In this document: piece after piece, positions 36,800 to 50,101 of the stretch
How positions within the stretch are numbered: the first letter of the stretch is position 1
How the letters are laid out: every line of letters starts with the position of its first letter
Made by a program: the position numbers and the translations under genes
From: Mobula hypostoma
Taxonomy: Eukaryota
DNA: 64,000 nucleotides
NCBI RefSeq assembly: GCF_963921235.1
Contig: NC_086108.1
Coordinates: 40,240,001-40,304,000, forward strand
Direction of reading: 5' to 3'
Notes under the pieces: generated by a model
Told to the model about the DNA's origin: nothing
The model's input: the letters and a program-made list of their open reading frames with translations, nothing else
Databases searched by the model: none

Positions 36800-39570
36800 T
36801 GGCCCAAAATGTTGCCTCACTCTATTTTGACTATGAAGCCAGAGGTTCAATGAAGAGTGCAGAAGGGACCTGGGAGCAGCATCAGCACACCTAAAAATAA
36901 AATGCTAGCTGGTGAAGGTACAGCACCAGGCTCTGTGCATAAATCACATGCAATAGACAGAACGACTTCATCGCACAACCAATGACGGACCAAAGCTCTG
37001 CAGTTCCATCACATCTAGTCATAAGTGGTACTGGACTTATAAACAAGTGGGTTTAATGGGAAATGGGTGGTCAAGGATTTCTCACCAAAAATTAAAAAAA
37101 AACTCAGTTCTACTTAATTACCATGGAATCAGTTAATTGTCAAATATCAGCAAAGCGATTGAAGGTGTCATCAACATACCAATTCAGCAAAACTTACTCA
37201 CTAATGGTCTGTCTAATTAATGTCCTTTTTGGATTTTATCAGCACCCCGTCTCATCGCTTCATCTTGGAACATGGAGGAAAGGGCAAAACTCAAGAGGTG
37301 AAGTGAGAGTGACCTCCTTGTTATTGATGTTGCATTTCAATGTGTGATATCAAGGAATCCCTGGTAAAATTGAAGAGATAATCACTCCTACTTTAAATCA
37401 GACAAAGGAAGATGTCTGTGGTCATTGGAGATATTTAATTCCACCACAGAATGTCACACTGTGAGTGTTGTAGGGCAGTAACCTTGACTCCAGCATCCTG
37501 AACTGCTTCGTCCTTTAGCACATGGTCATACGTGGGGATATTCACTGATGTTTGTATGATGTTCAATTCTGACATGGAGAATAGAATTGACAGATGGCTG
37601 CAACACATCATTGAACTCACATTTTTCTGAAAAAAAATCTTAATAATAAGGAAGCAAAACAGATGTGACTTGTGAGCATTGTGATGCTTGCAGGAAAATG
37701 TTACATCAATGACTTGAAACAGCCATCTGCCAATTCCAATGTCATGCTATAGAGTTATAAATGTATTGATGCAGCAAGATCAAAGACAATGTTAGGCATA
37801 AGCTGCTTAATGACAAAGAACATTAACATCAGAAGGATGCCAGGTATGAAGCACCTCCAAAAAGAAGGTGCTGAACTATCTGCCATGGATAATTAATAGC
37901 ATTACCATCATTAGTTCTTGCATTTGACTTCCTGGTTAGAATCACCATTGATCAAAAATCTCAAAAAAAAAACTGACCATATAAATACTGCGAACGCAAG
38001 ATCAAGTTACAGACTGGGAATCTTCAAGGTCAAGTTAAAGCTCAAGTTTATTTTCATCTGACTACATATGTACAACCAAACGAAACAGCGTTCCTTTGGA
38101 CCATGGTGCACCCACAATACATAGAGCATACACAGCACATAAAACAAAAGATTACTACAAATAAGTGAGTAAAATAGAATTCAAAGTACATGTGAAGTGT
38201 GCAGCACAGGTAAACTGCAAACTGCTCACTGTCCAAGTGACAAAACTGTGGTGGTGGCAGGGTATCCGTTAGTCTCATTGCGTGAGGGAAGAAGCTGTTA
38301 CCCAGTCTGGCAGTCCCAGTCCTGATGCTCCTGTACGACCTCTCTGGTAGTGGGTTAAAAAAATTGTGGGATGGGTGGTAGGGATTCTCAATGATGCTTC
38401 GGGCCCTTCATCTGTGACACTAACCACTCCGGGTAAATGTCACAAATGGAGGGGAGGGAGACCCTGGCGACTCTCTCAGCGGATTTTACTATCCACGATG
38501 GGGCATTCTGGTCTGATGCCTTGCAGCTTCTGTACCACACAATGATGCAGCCATACTGGACCCTCTTGATGGAACTCCTGTACAAAGTTTTTAGAATGGG
38601 GGTAGGGGAGACTGAGGCCTTGCACACATATATCTCTTCAGAAATCATAGACGCTGCTGTGCCGCCTTGGTTAGTAAAGGGTGTTGTGAATTCTGGTTAG
38701 AATGTCCATTATGAGCACACAAGGGACTTGGTGCTCTTCACTCTCTCCACAGCAGAGCCACTGATGTGCAATGCAGAGTGGTTGACCTGTGCCATCCTGA
38801 AGTCACAATCATCTCTTTTGTCTTGTGCGTGTTCAGATTCAGGTTGTTGTTCTCGTGCCATTTGACAAACCTCTCTACCTCCTCTTTGCTGACTCATTAT
38901 TGTTGCCGATGAAGCCGGCCACTAGTATCATCATCAGCGAACTCGATGATGCGGTTTGAGCTGAATCTGGCCGTGCAGTTGTGAGCCAGCAGAGTGAACA
39001 GCCATGGAGCCCACCAGTGCTCAGCTTGATGGAGCTTGAGATATTGCTGCCAGCTCAGATTTACTGAGGTCTTTCTGACAAGAAGTCCAAGTTCCAGTTA
39101 CAGAGACAGGTGTTGAGTCCCAGCGAGTACAGTTTATCCACCAGCCGGTGAGAGATGATTGTGTTAAAAGCCGATCTTGTGCAAGTGACAATCACAAGCC
39201 AAGTGCGAGGTAGAATACTCTGTACTTGTACCAGCCCAGCAAACATCTGGAAACATTTTTCTCCAGGGTGGCTGTAATGCCCACTATGTACTTTATGCAC
39301 TGCAGTTACTCATCTAGGCTACTCTAACAACTCCCAAACCCCATGACAACTATTATCACACACTACCACCAGCACCTTTCCCTCCAAATTGCAGTTTTGC
39401 CTTGGAAGTATACTTTCAGTCCTTTTTTATTGCTGGATCTAACTCCTGGAGTTCCTGAGGGAACACCTTCACCTGAAGGACCACAGTGGTTCGAGGTGAG
39501 TCATCTTCACCTTTTGAAGGACATTTATGGCTAGGCAATAAATTTTGACTTTGCCAATGATGTCTGAAAA
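36800..39570 (+). mobile_element. Highly degraded CR1/L2-clade LINE, interrupted by a Rex copy
   Basis: Remnant RT-region and 3'-end similarity ('caccttttgaaggacatttatggctaggcaataaattttgactttgccaatgatg'). A related minus-strand end lies at ~25300-25380. Confidence 0.45.
38025..39178 (-). mobile_element. Rex/Babar-type LINE, RT and 3' end
   Basis: '[28 protein letters not shown]', FADD (tcatcagcgaa at ~38932), 'VERVKSTK' and 'LYRSSIK..GCIIVWY'; the tail is at 38025-38055. Confidence 0.85.
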
Positions 39571-40984
39571 TTGGGGGGAAAAAAAAGTCCTGCACAAACC
39601 TTTAGCATGAACTGCTGTTTTATCAAATGTTCTTAGACATTCATTTCCCATCATATTTAGATAACTTAAAAGTGTGTATCATTTCAGGGGTTTGGAACAG
39701 GACTAATGCTTTTAAATAAAAAGTATCTTTTTTGTTCTCAAAGCTCATAAGCAGTCTTTACAGAGAATTAAGACCACACTGCCTTTGAGGTTCACCTTGT
39801 TAGCTTGTATTTTCCTTTGGTCTCGGGAATGCAAAGCAAAGTTGGAAACTTCCATAATAAAGGAGCCTGTCCAAAGGAGTAAATGCTGGCCTTGGCAATA
39901 TTTGAACCACATTTTCGTAAAGGAGAGCCTTTTGCTTGTAAGTCACGTGTGCCATGCTGTTTTATTATTAAGATCTTAGCAGGAAAATGTGACTTCATTG
40001 ACTTGATGCAACCTGCCAGTTCCAACCATCTTTAAATATTTGTACAAGGCCTGACTGGTCTGGAGGTGCAGTTTTTGATAGTGACAGAACATTCTTGGAA
40101 AAATAAATTGCCCAGTGAAAGTGGGATGCTTGTTGGCTTATCGCGGAAAGGCAACTACTGGTGTAAGCGTCAGGTTGTGGCTTGGACAATCCGACCATTT
40201 TGGCAGAAGAAGAGTGCAACAGTTGTGTCAACACTGGGTAGTCAGGGCACAGGATGAAAGGGACGCAGCAAATAATATGCCTTTGTGGATAAGTTGCAAA
40301 AGTTATCGATGAGCCAGTGTTGGCAAGTTCTTCACAGCATACTTGACTGCAAAATACAAGAAAGCACTTCAGATCATTGCATGCAGTCTTTCATTAATGC
40401 TTGAGGTGGTTTCAGTTGCGCTTTCAATAATTAATTATCATGGAAACAATTACTTTGTTTTTCCATTTTCAGGCAGAGGTTAACCACTGGTAATCATTTG
40501 CACCCTCATAAGAACAATGGCAGACTTAACAGGTGGAAATTTATTGATACTTCCTGTGATTGTGAAGGTCGTTGATCTGGAAAGTGCTCATTGATGTATG
40601 TACTGTATTAGTCAAAAAGGCAATCATAACTCTGGCTTTTCTAATTTCTAACTTTCAACATCTGCTTTTCCAACAGCGTACATTTGATTTCTGGTAATTT
40701 TCTTTTTGATTAACACATAGCCACTCTGAGTCCTATAACAGATGAACGTGGAAATCCTATGTTTTAGTTTAAACTCTTTCGTCAGAGACAATTTGATTTT
40801 AGTTCTTGATTAGACATGGAGACCACAATCTTCTAGCCAGCTAATCAGATTTGCGTTATCACAACTGCAATATCGCTGACTCTAATTTAAGTTGTGGCAA
40901 ATTTCAGTCAAAACAGATCAGGGGTGGAGAAGGAGCTTAAGCTGGCAGATATTGTGGGATGGAAAGAGTGACTGCACCATCATC

Positions 40985-41300
40985 CCAATGGCACATGGGT
41001 ATCAAAATCATACAGGACGGAAATAGGTCCTTTGGCCCACCAATATATATTGACAATCAAACAACCATTTGCACTAATCACATTTCATTCTCCTTGAACT
41101 CCTTTCAATCATCTCCAGATCCTTATCGTGATCCTAGGGCCTATTTATACTGGCTAATTAACCTGCCAACTTGAACGTGGGAGAAAATGAGAGTATCCTG
41201 AAGAGGCCTCCAGGGAGAATGTGAAAATTCCACTTGGATCATGCCAGAGGACAGCATTGATCCTGGGTCACCAGGAATGTGAGGTGGCAGATTTACTAGC
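40985..41300 (-). mobile_element. V-SINE/HE1-like remnant
   Basis: 'ggctaattaacctgccaac..gtgggagaaaatgagagtatcctgaagagg' and 'gcattgatcctgggtcaccaggaatgtgaggtggcag'. Confidence 0.5.
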
Positions 41301-43559
41301 TAGTGTGAGAGGTGTAGAAGTTTTCTTGAACTTTGTTCTTATTTGAATTTATTTGGATAGGAACCTGTGCTAAATAAGCAAAGGCAATGTGTCTATCTAC
41401 TGTAGAGACAGGAATATCAGTGAATCTTTTGTGAGACCATGTTGTGAGCAAGTATTTAGATTGGAAAGTGGAACACCCGAGGGGAAGTTGGAGATTACAA
41501 TCACGAGGTCCATTTTTGGAGTACAGTCATATTTTTATGGACTCTTTCTCCATTATTTTGTTTAACTCTCAGGTCTTCGAGATCCCCCGAAGCTGTGAAA
41601 GTTTGGATTTTACATGACACTGATACATCGAGGTCCTTAAGTGAGACAGCACCCTGATTCAAGAACTTTTTTTTTATGGAAGTCTGAGCTGTTGTAAAGT
41701 CAAGTCTAATAAACTTTGGGCAATGGTCAGATTTATGTTTCAAACATTTTCATCTATCCATTATGTTGTTCGTCAGGGTACAGGTAGAAAATAGGCCTGG
41801 TAGAGCGAGAGTTCATGCTTTTATGCAATCTTTAACAATGAAAGCACATGCCACTACGCTTTATGGTTTATGAAATACAATTACAATGGAAATTTAGGAA
41901 TTTCTTTACCTGTGTGGTTAACAACTCAATTCCTAAAAGAAGTTAGTCTTTTGACAAGCATATTAATTGGTCAGTCTCCATTTCCTACTCCAAAATTATT
42001 TGAGGAGGTGCACTGAAAACATTAGAAATTGGCATGGCATATAGGTTTTAAAACAGCCGCAATATTGTGTTCAATTTCTACTCAGAATGGAGAAGACAAA
42101 TACATCTTCTTGAGTTTTGATCCAAGGATGAAATATAAAGGAAACAAAATGAAGGACAAGGGATTATGTCCCTTCGAGATTGTTTCATTGTTAAATAAGA
42201 TCAGAACTGGTCAACTGGCTTTATTTACTTCATTGTCCAATCTCTATCTTCTGAGATTCTCAAGAAAATTTTGATCTCTATCCTGAATAGACTGAATGAC
42301 TAAGCATCCAGAGATCTTTATAGTATAGAATTCCAAGTCCTTTCCACCCGGTCAGGGATACAACATACCTATTTTACTCTTTTTACTCATTGGCATCTTT
42401 GCAAGTTTGTATTTAGCTGCCTTTTTATATCAATACATTTTGCAGCCTATCAAGTGTTGCTTTAGGTAGCCAGAAAATGAAAGAAATTTAAAATTACTTC
42501 CAAAGCTATAAATGCCTTTTTACTCTGGTCTCCCCATTCAAAGATGCTGAGTGGGTGGCTCATTTCCAGCCTTTGAATATTGTTCCTGTTCAGCTGGTCT
42601 CCAGCCCAGATGTAAAGAGTCCCTATACCCAAATTTACCCTCATACTTCCTCTTCCTCTGAAGAGGAAGATGATCTCTGTTAAGTCCTTTGCCACAGTAC
42701 TGTGCAAAGATTAAATCAGTGCTATCATATAGCTCTGGTATCTCTCTGAGACCAATCACATTTATTCTCATGTTGAATAGATGTCCTGCCACTTTGTTGT
42801 GAAGGGTTTATCGAATGAAAAAAATTATACTGCATGAAACAAATCAAACTATTATGATTTCTACATCTTCTGATGTCCAACCCCACTAATGTGACAACAA
42901 TACCTTCAGCTCAGCGAGCGTCTTTTCCCCTTTTGGAGCTTTCCTATTGCTCTTTTATAGCATAAATTTGAATATAAGGTCAGTGGAATAATAATTTCTT
43001 TTATCCGCTCTCCATTTGGCTATAAAATTATGTTGCCACTGTAATAACCATTATTTCTGATTTTGCTTGAACACATTAATGCTCTTGGTTATAAAGGCTG
43101 AAAGACATACAGTGTAAAACCATGCCCTTCAACCCATAAAATCTATGAAAAACATCAACCACCCTTTCTATACCAATCTGACATTAATCTCATTTTTTTT
43201 ATTCTCGTCACATTTTTTCAACAACTCCTCCAGATTGTAGTTAAAATGACTAAATTATAAAGACAGACTTCATAAACATGCTTCAAGTTCTCAGTTCTCT
43301 TCGGTTTTGAAGGTTGAATAGTGGTCACGACGTTGCCTTATTGGGCAGATTATGTCAGCAAGCATTTGAGTGATTAATGAATGAATGAATGCCAGCATGG
43401 GAGGATTGGATGAGTTCAAATTTAGGGGAACTGGAAAATGGGACACTGCCACATGGAAATAGATTTGTGAGTTAGTTCAAAAACCACACAGCCTTGGTCT
43501 TTAGTTACTTCTGAGATTTATAGTCCATCTCGGGCAGGGATTGTAAACTTAACCTCCAG

Positions 43560-43775
43560 AACTGGTGTCATGGTAGTGCCATTACAGCGCCAACAATCGA
43601 GGTGCAATTCCCAAAACTGTCTGGGGAGTTTGCACGTTCTCGCTGTGACCCCGTGGGTTTTCTCTATGTGCTCCGGTTTCCTCCCATGTTCCAAAGATGT
43701 ACGAGTTAGTAAGTTAATTGGGCATGTTGGACCAGAAGGCCTGGTTCTGTATTGAGTCTTTAAATAGAAAAAAAA
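43560..43775 (+). mobile_element. V-SINE (HE1-like)
   Basis: 'ggagtttgcacgttctcgctgtgaccccgtgggttttctctatgtgctccggtttcctcccatgttccaaagatgtac', followed by an A-rich tail. Confidence 0.75.
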
Positions 43776-45129
43776 ATCAGAAAGTTGCTTATAAGATCAT
43801 TATCTTCTAGTTCTCCAAGGATCTCACTCCATCCTCTAGCCGTGCTGCCTATTCTCATCCTCCGGAATTCTGCTCCTCCCTGCTCTCTCTGCTGCATCAC
43901 CCAACCCCTGTTCCTTTGTAGCCCTGCTCTTGGTCCATCTTATTTTCTTTCAAACCCCAATAATCCCTTTTTACTTCTAATCCTCTTCCCTTCCCTCTCC
44001 AAAAATCCCTTTGCTGCCATCTTGATGCATGTGGCTCAAATGTAAGCTTTTTCATTAACTAGAGTGGATATTGCATTTTCCAGTCCTCAATGTTGACATT
44101 AATTGCAGTATCTCTGCCACTACCCTGAATACAGTAAGCAAATTCATGGCTCAGTAATGACAGAACATGGGAATTTCCTTCTCTGCATGGCTCATGTCCT
44201 TCCTGTCGTAACCAGCAGAAGAGTACTCCTCAGAATCCTGGCACAACTCTTTCCTGGCGGAATCAGTTGGATGGAATGAGGTTGTAATGTTGGCAACTGT
44301 GCGGCTGACCACTCTACTGAGGGCTACTTTTAAGCAGTTTCAAGTTCCATTCCCTACACCTCCTTTCTAAACTAATTTCCACAAAAATTAAAAAAAGAAT
44401 AGACAAGCTTACCTTTTCTTTATTAAAGCTAATAAGCAATTGTGTTCAATTTGGATATCCTGTTGTGTCAGGAGTAGCGGAGGCAGGCATTGGAAGTTGT
44501 GCCAATGAGTGGGTGTCCTAGTATTACTTCCACTGTGTTGATGTTGTTTTATCCCAATAAGGCCTTCAATGTAATACTTGTAGATTGGGTCCCAGTAGGA
44601 CTCGAATGCAGATCCTTCAATTAAAGGACACTCCAGGCAGGGCATTTGATATACTCTGGTGCCAGTTACGTAAGAGAGGATGGAGACTAAATAGCCTTTA
44701 GGCTGTTCCCTCACCTCAGTGATGACTGTTGGGTGTTCACTTGTTGGAGACTTTATATTCCTTGCTGATAGGAAGGGGAACCCATGAAAACGTGGTAGGA
44801 AGTCGACAAAGTGGTGAGCAGTAGGAATACGAGTTTGGTTTTCCCTCAGATATGAATTGGTGCCACAAGGGGGTTAAATATCAGGGAAGGAGAACACAAG
44901 GACATTTAGACACACGGCCTGGTGCCTGCATTACTACCAGCTAGCTGGATCTGCCCTCTTAAATCTAGCATGTTGCCTTTTACATTTGCATACTTTGCAG
45001 ATGCACACCCATCCTCCTGGCTATTACAGTGCCCCACATTCCACCTGTCCGGCCACCACTGATGCTTGACCTCTATTATAGAATGATTTATGGTCACACT
45101 GAGCAAACGGTCTCTGCCCGTTCACCACA

Positions 45130-45430
45130 GTGCCACTGTAGCATAGTGGTTAGCGTGACTGTTGTACAACTCGGGGAGTTCCAGAGTCTGTGGTTCAATT
45201 CTGGCGCCATTCTGTAAGGAGTCTGTCTGCGTTCTTCCCGTGGAATGTGTGGGTCCTCCCACCGTCTAAAGACATGCCTGTTAGGTTAACTGGTCATTGT
45301 AAATTGTCCATGTGATTAGGTTAGGGTTAATCATGGTTGTGAAGTTGCTGGGACAGTGTAGCTTGAAAGACTGGAAGGACCTTTCTCCATGCTGTATCGG
45401 TAAATAAATAAATCAATCAATCAATCAATC
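45130..45430 (+). mobile_element. tRNA-derived V-SINE (HE1-like) with (AAAT)(AATC)n tail
   Basis: A-box 'tagcatagtgg', B-box 'ggttcaattct', V-domain 'gttaggttaactggtcattgtaaattgtcc' and a microsatellite tail at 45402-45430. Confidence 0.78.
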
Positions 45431-46947
45431 ATGCTGTAAACTTTGGTACCTTTCTTCACTGTCCACTGCACCATGTACTCTTACTTTCACAGGTGTCCTC
45501 TTTTCCCTGTTGCAAGAGGATATGGCTGACAGAGGCGAGACAGAGAAATGGAGACAACTCTCTAGTAATCTCAACCCGTATCTGAGAAGGGGTCAGCCTT
45601 GACCACCTGAGAATGTGGAGCTGGTGACAGCAACATTATCTGAGCACTCGTTCAAGCTGACAAAGTCAGCTGAAAGTAAAAAAAATCTTATGTGAATTAT
45701 GATAACCTTAAACCGTCTTGCTTTGGTAGTTTGAATTCAGGTCTTTAACCTTACATGTGCCATCAAGAGTGCACTCAGATCATCCAGAGGTCAGATGTGT
45801 CCTGTCCCTCAGACCCCCAAGCACTCATTCATTCCCACTGACCTCCTCGGTGTCAAAGTGGAAAGAATTGGTCTCCCTAAAGATCATGGCAGAACCCTGG
45901 AATCGGCTAAGTGTGGGGACTGTTGTCATGTTTACAGTGGTGGTCATTGGAGCTTGTTCCACAAAGCTGCAGATATCTGCCACCACCCAGCGTCTTTGGT
46001 CATTGGTGTTAAGCTGTGTGACAGAAGCTCCACCCTTCCTGTAGATTCTTCACACGGTAGCACCCAGCTGCGAGCTGGATCTGTGTATTGGATCCACGCG
46101 CTTCTGTAATTGTTGATGCTCCTGAGGCCCTGACAATTGTTCATGGTCTTAGAGTTATACAGCAGGGAAACAGGCCATTTGGCCCATCATGCCCATGCCA
46201 GAAGTGTCTGTTGCTTATACTATGATCTACTGGTGTCAAAATGTACACAGCAATTCAGTGAACAAGTGGTAGCACTAAAGTTTTAGAAGGTAATGATAAA
46301 CTCTACCAACTTTGTTCTGAAACTAGTGAAACAAGCAACCAACACTGTGCAGAAAGTTAGACTCAGTTGTTGCTGTGGGGCTGCTGTGTTTATTCCCAAA
46401 TTCCTGGGTCAATTTATTACGTTCTCCAGAACTGTTGTGCTCTGGCCCAACTTTCATTGGTGAGATGCAAGAAGAATGGAAGCCCACGAGTGCTTAGTTA
46501 AGGTTGACCTACACCAATGAGCTTGGGGTCAGCAAGCTGCTTCTCCCAAAGGTTTTCTGTACACAGGCATAAGATAACTATGGAAGTTTGGCCATGAGTT
46601 TTCAGTGCATTTAACGCCTCCCCAGCAATTCCTGAATGTGAAAGCTGCCTACTTTCTGTGATATGAAGGTTTTTAGAATCAGTTTTACTTGTATGCAGAT
46701 TCCATTGTGGCCATCTAACAGTGGTTCGCCTTAGACACCTGTGCTTATTCACACAGAGGTTACCATTGTTAGATCAATTTTAATTAATGTGGGAAGGGCC
46801 CATTTGTTCTTGGGTCTTCATTTATACATAAAAACTTTAGTGCTGACCAAACAACTTAATAGATGAGAACTCAACAAATCCAGAGATCTGCCAATTTTAT
46901 TCCTGCTTTGGAGCTCAATCATCTGTGCTCAGAGATTATCGTCCTTC

Positions 46948-47052
46948 CAACACACACAAAGTGCTGGAGGAACTCAGCAGGCCAGGCAGCATCTAGGGAA
47001 AAAAAGCACAGTCGTCGTTTCGGGCCGAAACCCTTCGGCAGGACTGGAGAAA
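46948..47052 (-). mobile_element. Penelope-like pLTR fragment with a mutated hammerhead (47010-47045)
   Basis: The minus strand reads AGUC-CUGCCGA-AGGGUUUCGGCCC-GAAAC-GAC-GACU, with two core substitutions. Confidence 0.8.
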
Positions 47053-47416
47053 ATCAGCAGATGTTCTCTTGCTTATCTTTCTTCCAAATGTCGTTCAAAA
47101 AGCCGATCTGGTAGTTAAATTTAGATCAGGCAGCAGAAGCGACACTTACTCAGTGTTGGTCAGCACTTTAACAAAATCCTTTGCACTGCGTTCAGATGTA
47201 AATGGGTGTGAGCAAGTATGAGGCACTACAACACGTAAAATTTTCACTCTTTTTCCCTTCCCCCTCACACACACAAACTTATGCACAAGAAAACACCCAT
47301 ACATGTGTGAAGAGACACATACAGGCGCACATACATACAGATGGGAAAGGTGACTTCGACCACATTGAATGTAAAATTGGCGTTACTTCATTATAAAAAC
47401 TACTTTCATTTCCACT

Positions 47417-47560
47417 CTTCCTTCAGTTAGTCCTGACGAAGGGTCTCGGCCTGAAACGTCGACTGCGCCTCTTCCTATAGATGCTGCCTGGCCTGCTGCG
47501 TTCACCAGCAACTTTGATGTATGTTGCTTGAATTTCCAGCATCTGCAGAATTCCTGTTGT
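47417..47560 (+). mobile_element. 144-bp Penelope-like pLTR insertion with a 13-bp target-site duplication
   Basis: Flanked by identical tttcatttccact at 47404-47416 and 47561-47573; contains only the hammerhead and the 3' terminus. Confidence 0.9.
47429..47464 (+). ncRNA. Minimal type-I hammerhead ribozyme motif (intact core)
   Basis: The 36 nt are identical to 29046-29081; predicted cleavage is after C47460. Confidence 0.85.
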
Positions 47561-49444
47561 TTTCATTTCCACTTTTGACTTGGAATATTAATTTAATGCA
47601 GAGAGCTGGTATTTTACATAGAAAGACACAGAATTTTATGGTTAAAGGAAAAAACACTTCTGCTCAGAAAGTCTATTCTGATACTTATGCTCCTAAGCAG
47701 CACCCCACCTTATTTCTGCACACTTTATCAACCCTACCCTTCTATTTTTTATCTCCGGACATTGTCATCAAATGTCTCTTTTCAATACATCTGTGACAGT
47801 GAACTCCACATCCTTACCACCCTGTGCACATTGTTTCTGTGCTCTCCTGCTGATGGGGATTTGACAAGCCACCTAAAGTTCCAAATATAGGGTTTTAGAC
47901 ACATGCTGATTCTACCTTTACCATGATGGGAAACGTTTGATGATTTAATATTATCACTGAAGGCTAAATTATTATGTTTTAGTTTGGGGCCCAAGCAGAC
48001 TTGAAACATACTCTTCATTTCCAGGCTGCGTTAAGTGAATTTTCACCGGATGTGGGTGTTTTTTTTTATCTGAGCTCTACAGTATGCTGAAATTTGCAAC
48101 AACACACAGTGCACTTCTTAGCATGGGTGGTTTAGCAGGTCCACCCCCATGACGAGTTTCTACCAAAGCCACAGATCTGCATGTATTTCCTGTTGGAGGT
48201 AAGTGGGTCATGCTTGTCAATGTCGACTGCAGAAAGAGCTTCTATATTTCTGAGAGGTTTGAAAAAAGAACAGTGAGTTCTTACTTAGTGAACTAACTCA
48301 CTTTTTACAGTGCACTAAAGGCTGAAAGCAAAACCTCAAACTGATTTTCAAACTAGCCCCAAGAAAAAAAGACATATCATTCAGATTTATGTAATGTTTT
48401 CTCAAACTGGGATCAACAGGACTGATACTCCTTTTTTTCAATTTTATGTACCTTTCTCATTGGTGTTTAAAATCAATTATACAGATTCCAATGTTGGCAT
48501 TAGTAATTCACACAAAGATGGACTTGCTGTGTTTCCTGGTGGAGAAAAGCCACTCTACATGGTGATGCTTGCCTCACACACTTGATCACATCAAACATCT
48601 TGCTTGTTCTTTCGCAACTGGAGCAGCTAGTCACTGTTAGAACTGTGTGCTGATTCAAGAAGTAGTACTTTTGGTGATCTCTTTGGAAAATTAAACTTTG
48701 ATTTCTTTGTTCTTGCCCCATCTCCAACCACCCTCTCCTTTTCAAAATCACGGAATCTGATGCTGTCTCCCAGATTTCTGGCCCTTTTTCCCATGATGCT
48801 TCATTTCAAAGCTTCACACCAGGCTTTTGTACCTCCTGCAGGCCTTACAAAGTCAGAAGAAACAGTCTGGGTGTCTCCTCTGTGCTATCATTCCTCATGA
48901 TGATCAGCCTAACTGCAACATTTGTTACCATTTTCTTGTAGTTTTTTTATCTGATATTCAGTTGGGTGGAAATAACTTACCTGTGAAATTCTTACCTTTT
49001 GAAGTGCAACCAATTAGTTGCCAAATTTCACTTCTCATTAACACGTTGCTTCTGGATTCCTCCAGGATCTATTTGTGATTCCAACTAATCTTGATCTATA
49101 TGCTGCTTGTCAGTGACCTGTTTCACATTCAAGCTGACAACACTCAGCTCTGCCTTGCCTGACACACAAGCATGCTGTTCATGCTGCTTGGTTGGCCCAG
49201 AGTTGGTGTAGCAGAAACTGGGTCCATCAGTATAAAGAGAAGATGGAAGCCCATTGGTTGCACTGCACAGGACCCTTGCTTTACCCCTCCCTGCCCCTTC
49301 ATCCCTGGTTCTAGACAGTCAGCTGGACCACGGGTAGAGAGGAAGGCCCAAAGCTCAAATTGTCAAAAATGCTTCCTAATAGTTGAATGACATGTAAATA
49401 ATTAAGGTTGGACTCATCATAGATGGTGAACATGAAATGTTGCA

Positions 49445-49876
49445 TTCGGAAAACAGCATCCATCATCAGAGATCCACACCACCCGGGCCATGCTCTTTTC
49501 TTGCTGTTGCCATCGGGATAGAAGGTACAAGAGCCTCAGGACTGACACCACCAGGTTCGAGAACAGTTATTACCCCTCAACCATCAGACTCTTGAACAAC
49601 AGGGGGTAGCTACACTCACTTGTCCATCCATTGAGATGTTCCCACAATCAATAATCTCACTTTAAAGACTCTCGATCTTATTATTTAATGTTTTTGTTAT
49701 TTATTGCTATTTATTTGCATTTGCAGAGGTTGTTGTCTTCTGCATTTGATCTTACATTGATTCTGTTATAGTTACCACTCCATAGATTTGCTGAGTATTC
49801 CCGCAGGAAAATGAATCTCAGGGTTGTATATGGTGACAAATATGTATTCTAATAATAAAATTTACTTTGAACTTTG
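49445..49876 (+). mobile_element. Rex-type LINE 3' end
   Basis: 'ASIIRDPHHPGHALFLLLPSG' and 'TTRFENSYYPSTIRLLN'; tail 'taataataaaatttactttgaactttg'. Confidence 0.82.
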
Positions 49877-50101
49877 CACCAGCACTGACAAGCTACCATG
49901 ATAGAAGGCAAGTAGTTAGCCAGCAGCTCCACCATCCTGGATGCACTCTGTAAACAACAACCTGAAGCAGCCGGACAAAAACAGAAGTGTTGATGGTCTG
50001 TGGTTTGAGGGTGATGGGGTTTGGATACTATGTGGTTAGGGGTATGAGAGTGGGGAGAATGTCAGAATCAGAAATTCATGATGCTGAAAGGGATATTATA
50101 G

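Noticed and set aside
40440..40520. Acceptor-like ttttcag sites as a next exon (also ~28325, ~45492, ~56970)
   Set aside because: I could not establish a phase-1-compatible open frame with a matching donor and recognisable protein sequence.
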